The notes: generated by a model from the sequence alone, not told the origin. Counted from the first letter of the stretch, positions 9,286 through 18,978 are shown. The stretch: 64,000 nucleotides of DNA from Candidatus Uhrbacteria bacterium (GCA_016187485.1 JACPJO010000002.1:27912-91911); one strand, 5' to 3'. Made by a program: numbers and translations.

Positions 9286-10021
9286 GGACAAAACCGCGCT
9301 GTCTATAAATTCGACTATATGCTGGAAACCCTGAATGAGTCTCAACAGGAGTAGAGGCTCAAAGAATCTCACACTACGTGCTATGCTTATTAAATATGGC
9401 ACGTGAAAATGTGTTGAGTGCAGGCAATCAGCAGGGAAGATTACATCGTCTTCAACCGTGGTATATCAGTGGTTTTGTGGATGGGGAAGGAAGCTTTCAT
9501 GTGGCGCTCTATAAAGATGCACACATGAAGACGGGATGGAAAATCATCCCAGAATTCCACGTCTCCCAACGTATAAGCAGTCGCCAAGTTCTTGATAGGC
9601 TTGTGGACTTCTTTCGTTGTGGGTATGTAAAACCAAACCATAGAACAAGTTCTTCCGATTTGACGTACGTATATGTTGTACGGGATCGCGGAGATCTTCT
9701 AAAGAAAATCATCCCTTTCTTTCAGCGGCATAACCTCCAGACGGAGAAAGTAAAAGACTTTCAACTGTTTGCGAGAGTTGTACAGCTGATGGAAAAGGGG
9801 GAACACCGGAACACCAACGGAGTAAAAAAGATTTTCGAGATCGCATACCAGATGAATGGTGGCGGTCGGTATCGACGGAAAAAAATACAAGCGATGTAAA
9901 ACCCTCAGAGACTATATGTCGAATTCCGCCATTTGCGGAAAAGATATAGTCCGAACTGCATGGCGACATGCAGAGAACACAAGAAATTGTGTTCCTCCAC
10001 AATTGTGGAAGTAACATATTG
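9286..10021 (+). mobile_element. Group I intron at L2604 carrying a homing endonuclease gene
   Basis: Splits GAGACAGT|TCGGTC; IGS ACCGCGCTGTCT; ATGCTGGAAA, AATCAGCAGG, CAGAGACTA, AAGATATAGTCC; ends in G. Confidence 0.92.
9396..9899 (+). CDS. Single-motif LAGLIDADG homing endonuclease (intron-encoded)
   Basis: [38 protein letters not shown]; the N-terminus is read through the ribozyme Q element. Confidence 0.95.
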   Translation: MARENVLSAGNQQGRLHRLQPWYISGFVDGEGSFHVALYKDAHMKTGWKIIPEFHVSQRISSRQVLDRLVDFFRCGYVKPNHRTSSSDLTYVYVVRDRGDLLKKIIPFFQRHNLQTEKVKDFQLFARVVQLMEKGEHRNTNGVKKIFEIAYQMNGGGRYRRKKIQAM

Positions 10022-10151
10022 TCGGTCTCCTATCTACTATGAGCGTTGAAGGTTGAGGGAACCCATTCCTAGTACGAGAGGACCGGAATGGACGAACCTC
10101 TTGTGTACCGGTTGTTCTGCCAAGGGCATTGCCGGGTAGCAACGTTCGGTT

Positions 10152-10184
<33 letters not shown>

Positions 10185-10338
10185 TGATCCCAAGATAAGC
10201 CTTCGTATGAGACCCCTCCGAGACGAGGAGGTTGATAGGCCGCAGGTAGAAGCGTGGTAACACGTGAAGCCGAGCGGTACTAATCGGTCCAGCTCTTCAC
10301 CCACTACCTGTAAAGATCACTTTGTATTGAGCGCATTG

Positions 10339-10446
10339 TTCTGGTGACATTTCCGGCAGGGCCACACCCGTTCCCATCTCGAACACGGCCGTTAAGCCTG
10401 TCCGGGCCGATGGTAGTCACATGGCGAGAGTAGGTCGTCGCCAGAA
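10339..10446 (+). rRNA. rrf: 5S rRNA (short form)
   Basis: TTCTGGTG...CGCCAGAA terminal helix; CACACCCGTTCCCATCTCGAACACGG; GATGGTAG...GAGAGTAGG. Confidence 0.95.
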
Positions 10447-10460
10447 CAATGGGCTTGATA

Positions 10461-10494
10461 CAAACACCTCGATGAAAAACCGTCGGGGTGTTTT
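10461..10494. terminator. rRNA operon terminator
   Basis: AAACACCTCGATG-loop-CGTCGGGGTGTTTT hairpin after 5S. Confidence 0.75.
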
Positions 10495-11218
10495 ATTTAA
10501 GTATGGTGATGCGCGGGTCCTTACGATCGAGGCCGGGACTGAAGGCAAAAACCTCTCGTACACGCAAACGAGGAACCCCCTCTGGTTCCTCGTAGGTAAG
10601 AGAAACGGCACGATGGCGAACTTTGATAATCCATGTGTGCTCGCCTACCTGCCACCCGCGCATAGGGAATGTCTGAAGTTCACGTTGCTCAAAGACAAAG
10701 GGAGATGGCACGGGGGCAAGCAGAGAGGAGCGTACCCATTCAATGGTATGGTGCTCGATCTCGGAATAAGGATCGTTCCACTGATGTGTGTGCGTAAATG
10801 TGCGGAGCGTTGATGGATCATGTGCCATGGACGCGAAGATTTTTTGAATATGTGCAGGCAGGAGATTCGGTGCCGCGTGCCCCGGTCCCATACTGATCGT
10901 GATGTAGCGTACCACCTCTTCGGGCATCATAAATCCGTGCGACTGTCCGGCACGGATGATGACACTTGCTCCAGGTTCCAGAGTGACGCAAGACTTCTGA
11001 CTAATGACCGTGAGCGTCCCCTTCACCACAAGATAAAAGCGGTCAGCTTGATGGATGTGGAGGGGGATGTACCCCGGCCTCGCGTGCGCATGGAGGAGCA
11101 GCTCGTACGTGTCGGTCTCTCTCCATCGCACAACTCCATGCCCCTGCTCGCCAATCTTTGGCCAGAGTTCTTGCGGCATCATTCCAAGTGGGAGAGTTTG
11201 TTCATCCATACTATCCAT
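10493..11218 (-). CDS. Cupin-domain protein
   Basis: PLHIHQADRFYLVVKGTL and LEPGASVIIRAGQSHGF cupin motifs; C-terminal half unrecognised. Confidence 0.75.
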   Translation of the reverse strand: MDSMDEQTLPLGMMPQELWPKIGEQGHGVVRWRETDTYELLLHAHARPGYIPLHIHQADRFYLVVKGTLTVISQKSCVTLEPGASVIIRAGQSHGFMMPEEVVRYITISMGPGHAAPNLLPAHIQKIFASMAHDPSTLRTFTHTHQWNDPYSEIEHHTIEWVRSSLLAPVPSPFVFEQRELQTFPMRGWQVGEHTWIIKVRHRAVSLTYEEPEGVPRLRVREVFAFSPGLDRKDPRITILK

Positions 11219-11294
11219 CGTAGGGCGTGGGGAGAGTTTGTCAAGGATGGCATTCTTGTCAGATCACTTTTGCTGGGCTACTATGGAGCGGTTT

Positions 11295-12065
11295 ATGGCA
11301 TTTGAAGATACAAAAATTGTTATCTTGGCAGCTGGGAAAGGAAAAAGAATGGGGCTCGAAATACCCAAAGTCCTGGTACCCATTCAAGGCAGACCTATGC
11401 TTGCGTGGCTCTTAGAGGCTGTCGAGAGCGCGGAGGTAGACGGCCCCCCTGTTGTCGTCTATGGACCGGGATTAGAAGAAATTTGTACGTTTGTTGGAGC
11501 ACGAGGCCACTGCACTCTTCAAGCCAAACAACTTGGGACAGCGCACGCTGTTCTCGCAGCAAAGGACGCGCTTGCAGGCGCCAAACGGCTCGTTGTCATG
11601 TACGGGGATGTCCCGTTCATCAGTGCGCGCGCCATTCGCAAAATTGTGGAGTACCACATAAAAAAACCTTGCCCTATCATGGCCGCGGTTGGGGTGGTTG
11701 AGAGTTATACGGGGTGGCAGAGAATTTTCCAGCAACTCGGGCGGATTATGCGTGATGAGGACGGGCTGATTCATGCGATCCGTGAGGCGAAGGACGCAAC
11801 GGAAGAAGAGCTTCGTATACGTGAGATCAATGCGGGCTTCTATGTGTTTGACGCCGAATGGCTATGGAATCATATCGAGAACGTGCAAAATAAAAACGCT
11901 CAGGAAGAGTATTATTTGACAGATGTGATTGCTATGGCGGTTTCGGAGGGACTGCCCGTGCGGACGTACCAGATTCCTATTGAAGAATGCATTGGGATCA
12001 ATAAACTCGAAGAGCGAGACGTGGCAGAAGTTGTTGCCCAACAGCTGGAGAGACGCCTCCCGTGA
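11295..12065 (+). CDS. GlmU-like NTP transferase (uridyltransferase domain only)
   Basis: ILAAGKGKRM, PKVL, QLGTAHAV, YGDVPFI, EINAGFY, NAQEEYYLTD; no hexapeptide acetyltransferase domain. Confidence 0.88.
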   Translation: MAFEDTKIVILAAGKGKRMGLEIPKVLVPIQGRPMLAWLLEAVESAEVDGPPVVVYGPGLEEICTFVGARGHCTLQAKQLGTAHAVLAAKDALAGAKRLVVMYGDVPFISARAIRKIVEYHIKKPCPIMAAVGVVESYTGWQRIFQQLGRIMRDEDGLIHAIREAKDATEEELRIREINAGFYVFDAEWLWNHIENVQNKNAQEEYYLTDVIAMAVSEGLPVRTYQIPIEECIGINKLEERDVAEVVAQQLERRLP

Positions 12066-12081
12066 GCCATAGGCAAAAAAT

Positions 12082-12113
12082 AAAAATCTCCGCGAGCATT
12101 TCGTGGAGATTTT
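12082..12113. terminator. Bidirectional terminator
   Basis: AAAATCTCCGCGA-loop-TCGTGGAGATTTT flanked by A and T runs. Confidence 0.75.
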
Positions 12114-12120
12114 TTCTTGA

Positions 12121-12201
12121 CTAGGCGCGGCGCTTTGCAGCCTTGCGCTTCTTCGCTGCTGGTTTGCGCTTTGCAACCTTACGTGCTTTCTTTTTTGCCA
12201 T
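12121..12201 (-). CDS. 26-aa Lys/Arg/Ala-rich peptide
   Basis: MAKKKARKVAKRKPAAKKRKAAKRRA; SD AAAGGAGGTGA upstream, TACAAT -10 box, terminator directly downstream. Confidence 0.8.
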   Translation of the reverse strand: MAKKKARKVAKRKPAAKKRKAAKRRA

Positions 12202-12322
12202 AATGTTTTTGTCACCTCCTTTCTTTTTAGATTTCTCGCAAGATAAATTCTTGCTCGAGTGTATACATTGTAGCGTGTTTGGGAAAAAAAATTATCCAAC
12301 GTGTGGATAACTTAATTTTTTT

Positions 12323-12398
12323 TGGTGGACCACAGCGGATTCGAACCGCTGACCCCCACATTGCAAATGTGGTGCTCTACCAACTGAGCTAGTGGCCC
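12323..12398 (-). tRNA. tRNA-Ala(TGC)
   Basis: GGGCCAC/GTGGTCC with G3.U70, anticodon loop TTTGCAA, CCA end. Confidence 0.97.
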
Positions 12399-12443
12399 CG
12401 AGGAAAGCGGCGGCATCGTATCAATGACGACGTGCGCTGTCAA

Positions 12444-13433
12444 TCACTGCACCAAGTGTGGAATTTTTTTTCCGTGTACGAACGCAAGGATGTTTTTTGC
12501 ACTTTCACGGCTCATGGCTTGGCGTGCTTCCCGCGAGGCGCTGGCTGTGTGAGGAGTAAGCACCACATTCTTCATGCGCCGGAGATCGAGCCGGTCGTGG
12601 GGGTTGCAATCAATAAACGGCTCGCACTCATACACATCAAGCCCTGCCCCCGCGATCTCCTTTTTTGCCAGCGCTTTTGTAAGTGCCAGCTCGTCTACCA
12701 CGGGCCCGCGCGCCGTGTTGATGAGAAACGCCGCCCCCTTCATCATTTTAAGTTCAGGTGTGGAGATAAGATGGCGTGTAGAAGGGAGAAGCGGAACGTG
12801 AAGAGTGACAAAATCAGATTCCTTAAGTAGGCGCGGGAGGGGGCGATACAAAGCCCCGTGCTCTTTTTCAAAACGGCGATCGCGTGTGGGGTTGTGGTAG
12901 AGAATCTTGAGACCGAATCCATCACGTAGCCTCCGTGCCACCATGCCGCCAATACGTCCGGCGCCGATGATCCCTACGGTCTTTCCTATAAGGTCTGTGC
13001 CAAGCAAGAGGTTCGGTCCCCATCCGTGATACTTTCCAGCACGCGTGAACATATCGGATTCAACAATGCGGCGCGCCAGGGCAAACATAAGCGCGATGGT
13101 GTGCTCCGCAACGGATTCAGCGATTTCCTCCGCGGGGGCGTTTGCCACGGACACGCCATGCTTCTTTGCCGATGCAAGGTCAATGTTATCAAACCCGATT
13201 GCGTAGTTTGCGACGAACTTCACCTGTGATCCGGTAACGAAGAACTCATCATCCACGCGATCGGTAAGCATCGTCCATACCATATCGGCTTTTTTGATGG
13301 AGCGAAGGAGCTCAATCCTGGAGATGACACGATCGTGCGGATAGACGGAAAGCGAAATGCGCGGGTCCTTCTTCAACAGACGGATACCTTCGTCGGGGAC
13401 GGGACGTGTGAGAAAAACACGGAGAGGTTTCAT
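12444..13433 (-). CDS. D-2-hydroxyacid dehydrogenase (glyoxylate reductase/D-glycerate dehydrogenase family)
   Basis: GFDNID, GIIGAGRIG, LINTARGPVVDE, AGLDVYE, LTPHTAS. Confidence 0.92.
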   Translation of the reverse strand: MKPLRVFLTRPVPDEGIRLLKKDPRISLSVYPHDRVISRIELLRSIKKADMVWTMLTDRVDDEFFVTGSQVKFVANYAIGFDNIDLASAKKHGVSVANAPAEEIAESVAEHTIALMFALARRIVESDMFTRAGKYHGWGPNLLLGTDLIGKTVGIIGAGRIGGMVARRLRDGFGLKILYHNPTRDRRFEKEHGALYRPLPRLLKESDFVTLHVPLLPSTRHLISTPELKMMKGAAFLINTARGPVVDELALTKALAKKEIAGAGLDVYECEPFIDCNPHDRLDLRRMKNVVLTPHTASASREARQAMSRESAKNILAFVHGKKIPHLVQ

Positions 13434-14422
13434 AGTGTAGTGACAGGGATGGTAGCCAGCAATTTATTGCTTGGAAACTTTTTCAAAATTCCTTGTTTGG
13501 CACCAAGCGATTGGATCACGCTCTCGGCATTCAAGGTGCCCACCTGCAGAGCCGTGTAGATGCCATGCTCCATCATGAGGCAGGCTACGACGCCACTTCC
13601 AAATGCGTCGCCTGCGCCTGTGCGCGAGATGCTTGGTTTTCCGCTCGTGCCGCTGTGATAGCACGATCCACCGTTGCACAGATAGGCGCCGTTTTCTCCG
13701 TCGGTGATGATGCGCACGCGGTGATTCTCCGGTGAGAGACCTTCAAAAAGCTTCAGAATGTTTTCCCGCGGAGCTCCAGTAAGAGCCGCAGCCTCTTCTC
13801 GATTCACATTGAACACACTCACATCACGCTTTAGAAGCTCGCGAATGTCTTTTGCGCTTTCACGAATTTCCTGTGCTCCAGGATTCCATGCCACATGGAC
13901 CCCTGCCTTCCGGCACGCGTCAATAATACGCTTGCCAAGCGTGATGTTTCCCCCAAGAGAGGTGAGATAGACCCACCGTGTCTTCTTAAAAATATCTCCA
14001 TCTATGTCTTTTGGCGTGAAGGTTTTCGAGGCGCCGCGAAATACAAGGACTGTCCGTTCGCCGTCGTTTGTCGTAAGGAGGGTCGAGTATGCTGTCGGTT
14101 CATTCGCAACGCGGATCAGGTGTTTCGTTTCGATGCCGTAGGCGGCAAGCTCATCCGTCACGTCTCGTCCCACCGTATCTTCCCCCACGCGCGCCACGCA
14201 CGCTGTTTTAAATCCAAGTCGGGAGAACGTCACCGCTGCATTGGTCGCCCCGCCGCCGCTTGAAAGAAAAATTTTTTGTACGTCCACCTTCGAACCGAGC
14301 GCCACGCATTCGCCGAGCCCTGTGGAGAAGCGCTTGCTCTTAAATACTTGAAAGGCGTCTGATACGAGAAATACATCCCGTGTGGCCGCGCCAATGGTAA
14401 CGACATCGTAGATCATAGCCAT
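13430..14422 (-). CDS. PfkB-family carbohydrate kinase
   Basis: GGGATNAAV, VNREEA, TGAGDAFGSG. Confidence 0.92.
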   Translation of the reverse strand: MAMIYDVVTIGAATRDVFLVSDAFQVFKSKRFSTGLGECVALGSKVDVQKIFLSSGGGATNAAVTFSRLGFKTACVARVGEDTVGRDVTDELAAYGIETKHLIRVANEPTAYSTLLTTNDGERTVLVFRGASKTFTPKDIDGDIFKKTRWVYLTSLGGNITLGKRIIDACRKAGVHVAWNPGAQEIRESAKDIRELLKRDVSVFNVNREEAAALTGAPRENILKLFEGLSPENHRVRIITDGENGAYLCNGGSCYHSGTSGKPSISRTGAGDAFGSGVVACLMMEHGIYTALQVGTLNAESVIQSLGAKQGILKKFPSNKLLATIPVTTL

Positions 14423-15237
14423 GCAGAAAAAGAGTCAATATATTGCTGGAACGCCCGCGCGATCTTAGTAACAGCTTCTGCACGGGAAATCTTTTTATCA
14501 CGATAGCGCTTCAGGGGAGGGAAGAAAATAGTGCGGCCGACAGCGAAGCCGTTTACCACGCCACTTTTGGCTGCCGTTTTGAGCCATTGTCGGACTTCCG
14601 CGGTACTTCCTGCTCGCCCCAAGACGACGATGTCTGCCGTACCGGTCAGTGCGTGCACGCGGCGCCATTCTTGTGGTGTCCCAAGCCCTTCCACTTTCCA
14701 AAGGTCTACCTGCACGCCCGCCCTCGTGATCTCTCGTAGCGCACGCTGCATTTGAGAAATCCGTGAACCCGTGCCTGTAAGAAGAAGCTCGAAGAGAAAG
14801 GGAATGTGATGTGTTCGGCAAAATGTCGAGAGTCGCTTGAGGCGCGCCAACTGCCGCCCGTTGTCGTCGCGAACATTATAGCGCACAAGAGCTTTCGCGT
14901 AGGCCGGTTTCCAAGAAAGAAGATGTTTGCCAAATGTTTGTCCGTGAGCGAAATCGAATTCTTCTTGCCCGCTTTTTTCGATCGTAAGGGCAAAAGGGAT
15001 GCACCGCCGCTTTGCATCTTTGAGGATCGGCGTGCCGAACTCCTCATCGACGAGAAGGAACAATGATTCTTTGTGTGGAGACGCTTTATAGACGCGAAGA
15101 AACCCCTCATAGACGACACGCTTCATGTGCTGCACGCGTTTTTTCTGTGCGGTATTCTCTGGTGGATAGGGGAATCCAAGAAGTTCGTGGTCGAACCCTG
15201 ACCGATGATCGAACGGGAGAATGAAAATGCGGTTCAT
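14413..15237 (-). CDS. DUF2090/IolC-C-terminal-like TIM-barrel protein (class I aldolase-like)
   Basis: FILPFDHR, LVDEEFG, KALVRYN, DLWKVEG, VVLGR, GFAVGRTIF. Confidence 0.8.
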   Translation of the reverse strand: MNRIFILPFDHRSGFDHELLGFPYPPENTAQKKRVQHMKRVVYEGFLRVYKASPHKESLFLLVDEEFGTPILKDAKRRCIPFALTIEKSGQEEFDFAHGQTFGKHLLSWKPAYAKALVRYNVRDDNGRQLARLKRLSTFCRTHHIPFLFELLLTGTGSRISQMQRALREITRAGVQVDLWKVEGLGTPQEWRRVHALTGTADIVVLGRAGSTAEVRQWLKTAAKSGVVNGFAVGRTIFFPPLKRYRDKKISRAEAVTKIARAFQQYIDSFSAWL

Positions 15238-16205
15238 ACGGATGTGGGAGTGTAGGAAGGAGAAGCGGTGATGCGTTTGGACAAGCGGGCCCGTGATAAA
15301 AGCCCTGCCTGCGGACCGACATGTTCCACAACAGAGGCAGAGTTGAAAATGCCATAGGTCATACTCTTTGCAAGTCCAAGACCGCGCAAATAACCAGCCA
15401 AAAACCCGCTTGTGAAGGCGTCGCCCGCCCCCGTTGTCTCCACGCGCTTCGCTCGTGCGGCGGGGGCAAAAAGGATTTCTCCATTTGAGACACCATAAGC
15501 ACCGCGCGCTCCGTCAGTTACCAAAACCGTTCGCGGCCCCAGAGACTGAAGTTTATGGAGAAGAGAGGGCACATGGTCTGTCTCGTGAAGGGCAAGACGT
15601 TGAGCCTCCGCGGCGTTTACGACAAGAACATCAGCAGCGCGGAGGAGTGTATAAAGCGAAGGGTGGAGTTTTTCAAGCTGGACAGCTCCCGGATTCACTC
15701 CGAGACGGAACTCCCCCTTCTTTGCGCGTCTTGCAAGTTCGCGGAAAAGTGGCTCGTAGGAGATTCCAAGCTCGCTTACGAAAACAAAGCGACACCCGAG
15801 GCGCCGCGGAAGAATATAGGTGTGTGGTTCGTGGACGGCAAGGATGGTGCTTTCACCTTCAAAGTTAAGAACAGCGGAGAAGCTGCTTTTTGTTCCGTCC
15901 TCCTTTTTGAGGAACGTTGTCTCTACGCGTTCACGGCGGAGGAGTTCTTTTGCAAGCATTGCGGTTCCGTCGTCTCCCGTTACGCTCATCGCGGCTGTTT
16001 TCAGACCGAGCCGTCGCCCACCGATGGCAACATTGACTGCGCTTCCTGCAACCATGCTTACTGCCGAATCCACGGGGATTTTCTCGCCGAATTTCATGGA
16101 GAGCATGCAGCGCGGGCGGTCAATGTCACAGGCGATGCGTGCCTTCTTCCCCAGATCAATAAACACGTCCATTTTTGTGTCTCCGATGGTGAGAATGTCT
16201 GTCAT
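15234..16205 (-). CDS. PfkB-family carbohydrate kinase
   Basis: AGSAVNVAIG, VNAAEA, ETTGAGDAFTSG. Confidence 0.92.
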   Translation of the reverse strand: MTDILTIGDTKMDVFIDLGKKARIACDIDRPRCMLSMKFGEKIPVDSAVSMVAGSAVNVAIGGRRLGLKTAAMSVTGDDGTAMLAKELLRRERVETTFLKKEDGTKSSFSAVLNFEGESTILAVHEPHTYILPRRLGCRFVFVSELGISYEPLFRELARRAKKGEFRLGVNPGAVQLEKLHPSLYTLLRAADVLVVNAAEAQRLALHETDHVPSLLHKLQSLGPRTVLVTDGARGAYGVSNGEILFAPAARAKRVETTGAGDAFTSGFLAGYLRGLGLAKSMTYGIFNSASVVEHVGPQAGLLSRARLSKRITASPSYTPTSV

Positions 16206-17188
16206 AGGTGTTTCCGCTGTGCGGCGCGCGAGGCGGCGCGGGCAATATCGCGGGCCGTGAGGCCGAACCGAACAAAGAGTTCTTGCGGTTCTCCTGACTC
16301 CCCATAGCAATCGCGCATCCCGATGCGCTCGATAGGCACGGGACATGTCGCCGTCAGGAGTTCCGCCACTGCGCCGCCGAGACCCCCAGCAATCTGTGCT
16401 TCTTCACAGGTGACAACAGCGCCACACTCTTTTGCGGCCTTCAAGATTGTTTTTTCATCGAGGGGCTTTACGGTGTGGCAGTTGATGACGCGCGCTTCAA
16501 TATTCCTTTTTGCCAGATCCCGCGCAGCCTTTAAGGCCTCATAGAGAATAGGTCCGGCGGCGATGATGGCAATATCGTTCCCCTCTCGGTACACTTCTGC
16601 CCGACCAATATGGAAGGGGGTCTTTTTCGTGGTGAACAGGGGACTTGCGGCGCGGGCGAACCGAAGATACACGGGTCCCGTGTGCGTGGCCGCCGCTACG
16701 GTTGCTTTACGCGCCTCTTCTGCATCACAAGGGACAATCACAACCATGTTTGGCATAACACGCATGGTGGCGATGTCTTCCAGTGCCTGATGCGTGGCGC
16801 CGTCCGGTCCTACCGAGACCCCTGCGTGCGCTCCTGCAATCTTTACATTCGTATTTCCGAGGGCGATCGTCGTGCGGATTTGTTCCCAATTCCGTCCGGG
16901 GGAAAAGGCAGCGTAGCTTGAGATAAACGGTACTTTGCCTGCCAGAGCCATGCCCGCCGCGACTCCTGCCATAGCCTGCTCGCAGATTCCCATTTCCACG
17001 AATCGATCGGGAAACACTCTCTGGAATGCATCACTTTTGGTGGACTCCGTGAGGTCACAGCAGAGCACAACGACACGCTCGTCCATTTGCCCCGCTTCCA
17101 CAAGCCCCTCGCCATATCCAACACGGGTGGCCCTTTCCTCCGGCTTGCCAAAAAGATCCGAAATAAGTTTTGCCGATGGGCGGATCAT
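16202..17188 (-). CDS. Transketolase, C-terminal subunit
   Basis: EMGICEQ, GPDGATHQALED, GPVYLRF, VKPLD. Confidence 0.95.
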   Translation of the reverse strand: MIRPSAKLISDLFGKPEERATRVGYGEGLVEAGQMDERVVVLCCDLTESTKSDAFQRVFPDRFVEMGICEQAMAGVAAGMALAGKVPFISSYAAFSPGRNWEQIRTTIALGNTNVKIAGAHAGVSVGPDGATHQALEDIATMRVMPNMVVIVPCDAEEARKATVAAATHTGPVYLRFARAASPLFTTKKTPFHIGRAEVYREGNDIAIIAAGPILYEALKAARDLAKRNIEARVINCHTVKPLDEKTILKAAKECGAVVTCEEAQIAGGLGGAVAELLTATCPVPIERIGMRDCYGESGEPQELFVRFGLTARDIARAASRAAQRKHL

Positions 17189-17191
17189 ATG

Positions 17192-18055
17192 CTACTCGTG
17201 CTCGGATGATATTTTCCCTCCAAGCGTGCGCAGTTCTCCAAGAGCTTGGCGCGCCTCGGCCGCATTCGGCGGTTTCCCATGCCACTCGGGCTTCCCCTCC
17301 ATAAAATCTACGCCCTTTCCTGGAATCGTGTGGGCAATAATCACACTCGGCTTTTTGTATACGGACTTTGCCTCGTCACATGCGTCCACGAACTCCTCCA
17401 CATTATGTCCGTCTATTTCCATAACATGAAAATTGAACGCTTCAAATTTGTCCCGTAACGGTTCGAGGCGCGACACGTCCTCTGTGAACCCATCAATCTG
17501 AATGTTGTTGCGGTCCACGATCACTGTGAGGTTAGAGAGGGCGTATTTTCCAATGAAAAGAAACGACTCCCAGCAAATCCCTTCCTCAAGCTCGCCGTCT
17601 CCCATCACGCAGTATGTATGCCAGGAAGCGCCGTCCATGCGGGCCGCGTAGGCCATGCCGGCTGCTTGCGCGATGCCTTCTCCAAGCGGTCCCGAAGTTG
17701 TCTCCGCGCCGGGGAGCCTCTCACGTTCGGGGTGTCCTTGCAGCCGTGTGCCGAGTTGTCGGAGGGTGGCGAGTTCTTTCTTTGGAAAATATCCTGCGTG
17801 GCTCATTGCAACATAGCGGATAGGACAAATATGGCCGTTTGAGAGGATAAGTCGGTCGCGGTCCTTCCATGCAGGTTGCTTGGGGCGGTGGCTTAACACG
17901 TGAAAATACAGCGCCGCGAAAATGTCCGCCATGCCAAGCGGGCCGGCCGAGTGCCCGGACTTTGCGCGCAGAAGCATCTTGATGAGGTCCTGGCGCATGT
18001 CATTGGCGCGGACCTCCAACTCTTTGATTTTGCGGTCGTGCAAAGGAGAGGGCAT
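17192..18055 (-). CDS. Transketolase, N-terminal subunit
   Basis: SGHSAG, DRLILSNGH, LQGHP, GDGELEEG...N TPP motif, TIPGKG. Confidence 0.95.
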   Translation of the reverse strand: MPSPLHDRKIKELEVRANDMRQDLIKMLLRAKSGHSAGPLGMADIFAALYFHVLSHRPKQPAWKDRDRLILSNGHICPIRYVAMSHAGYFPKKELATLRQLGTRLQGHPERERLPGAETTSGPLGEGIAQAAGMAYAARMDGASWHTYCVMGDGELEEGICWESFLFIGKYALSNLTVIVDRNNIQIDGFTEDVSRLEPLRDKFEAFNFHVMEIDGHNVEEFVDACDEAKSVYKKPSVIIAHTIPGKGVDFMEGKPEWHGKPPNAAEARQALGELRTLGGKISSEHE

Positions 18056-18152
18056 AGCACGGATAGTATAGCAGAAACAACAAAGACGGGGTGCGTGCCC
18101 CGTCTCCGTATCTTCCCACGCAGTAACTTTGCAACGTGGCACTCTGCAACTT

Positions 18153-18962
18153 CTATTGGACAATAATCGTTCCCGTAAATTGCGGATGGTAGCTGTCAAA
18201 GAATGTGTACGTTCCCGGGGTCTTGAATGTCCTTGAGAAGACGATTCCCGCACTCATGGTTCCCGATCCCCAGGAAAGGTCGTCGGATGTCACGGTGTGA
18301 TTGACCGTGTCCAAATTGGTGAAGCGAACGGTCCGGCCTGCCTGGATAGTCGCAAGGATAGGAGTGTAACCGCCTGCACTAATGTTCATGACAACGGGCG
18401 CTTTCAAGTCTTTATCCGTATTGATGTCCGGGACCGACGCCTTTACGCTCGCCGTGTTGTATTGGGAAGAGTCTGTGACATCACTGCTGCGCGTGTAGTT
18501 CGAGAAGAAGCCATCCGGCACGTCATCAATCTGCTTATTCCAGGTGCTTCCAAACAAAGCAATCGCAACGGCTTCGGTAGAGACCCAGTGTAAGGAACCT
18601 CCCCGGCCGATGGCGTAGACTTTCGGGTCCGTATCAATCTTGATCATACGGCTGCCCGGACGGTACGTGACGTTTCCGCCGATCTGAATAGTGCCGAGAT
18701 CGGCATCCGTGAGCCAGTTCACGTCGTTGAAGTTGTTGTACCAGGTAAAGTACGTCTTATCATTTACGAACACGTAACGGAAACCATCTGCCCCGTAGTA
18801 ATAGACGGCAGAACGAGATGTGCCGCGAATGAGCATGCCCGATTGAAGTTGGCTTAGGCTAATCGTAGAAGCGGCGCGCACCGGGACGGCAGGGAGGAGC
18901 AACGAGATACTCGCAAAGAACGCGAATACGCGCACGAGGAGAGATTTCATAGAGATAGTCAT
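18153..18962 (-). CDS. Secreted protein with tandem beta-repeat domain and C-terminal cupredoxin-like domain
   Basis: Signal peptide ending VRA; GRTVRFTNLDTVNHTVT...PGTYTFFDSYHPQFTGTIIV, lacking the Cys/Met Cu ligands; start could be 18950. Confidence 0.75.
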   Translation of the reverse strand: MTISMKSLLVRVFAFFASISLLLPAVPVRAASTISLSQLQSGMLIRGTSRSAVYYYGADGFRYVFVNDKTYFTWYNNFNDVNWLTDADLGTIQIGGNVTYRPGSRMIKIDTDPKVYAIGRGGSLHWVSTEAVAIALFGSTWNKQIDDVPDGFFSNYTRSSDVTDSSQYNTASVKASVPDINTDKDLKAPVVMNISAGGYTPILATIQAGRTVRFTNLDTVNHTVTSDDLSWGSGTMSAGIVFSRTFKTPGTYTFFDSYHPQFTGTIIVQ

Positions 18963-18978
18963 AAGTAGGAAAAGTATA

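Noticed and set aside
12292-12310. DnaA-box pair (TTATCCAAC, TGTGGATAA), with other single boxes at 3823-3831 and 60786-60804, as possible oriC
   Set aside because: Too few boxes, no dnaA/dnaN nearby and no clear unwinding element; at most regulatory sites
18153-18400. Blue copper (plastocyanin-like) electron carrier
   Set aside because: The C-x2-H-x-M ligand loop reads DSYHPQF, so the type 1 copper Cys and Met are missing
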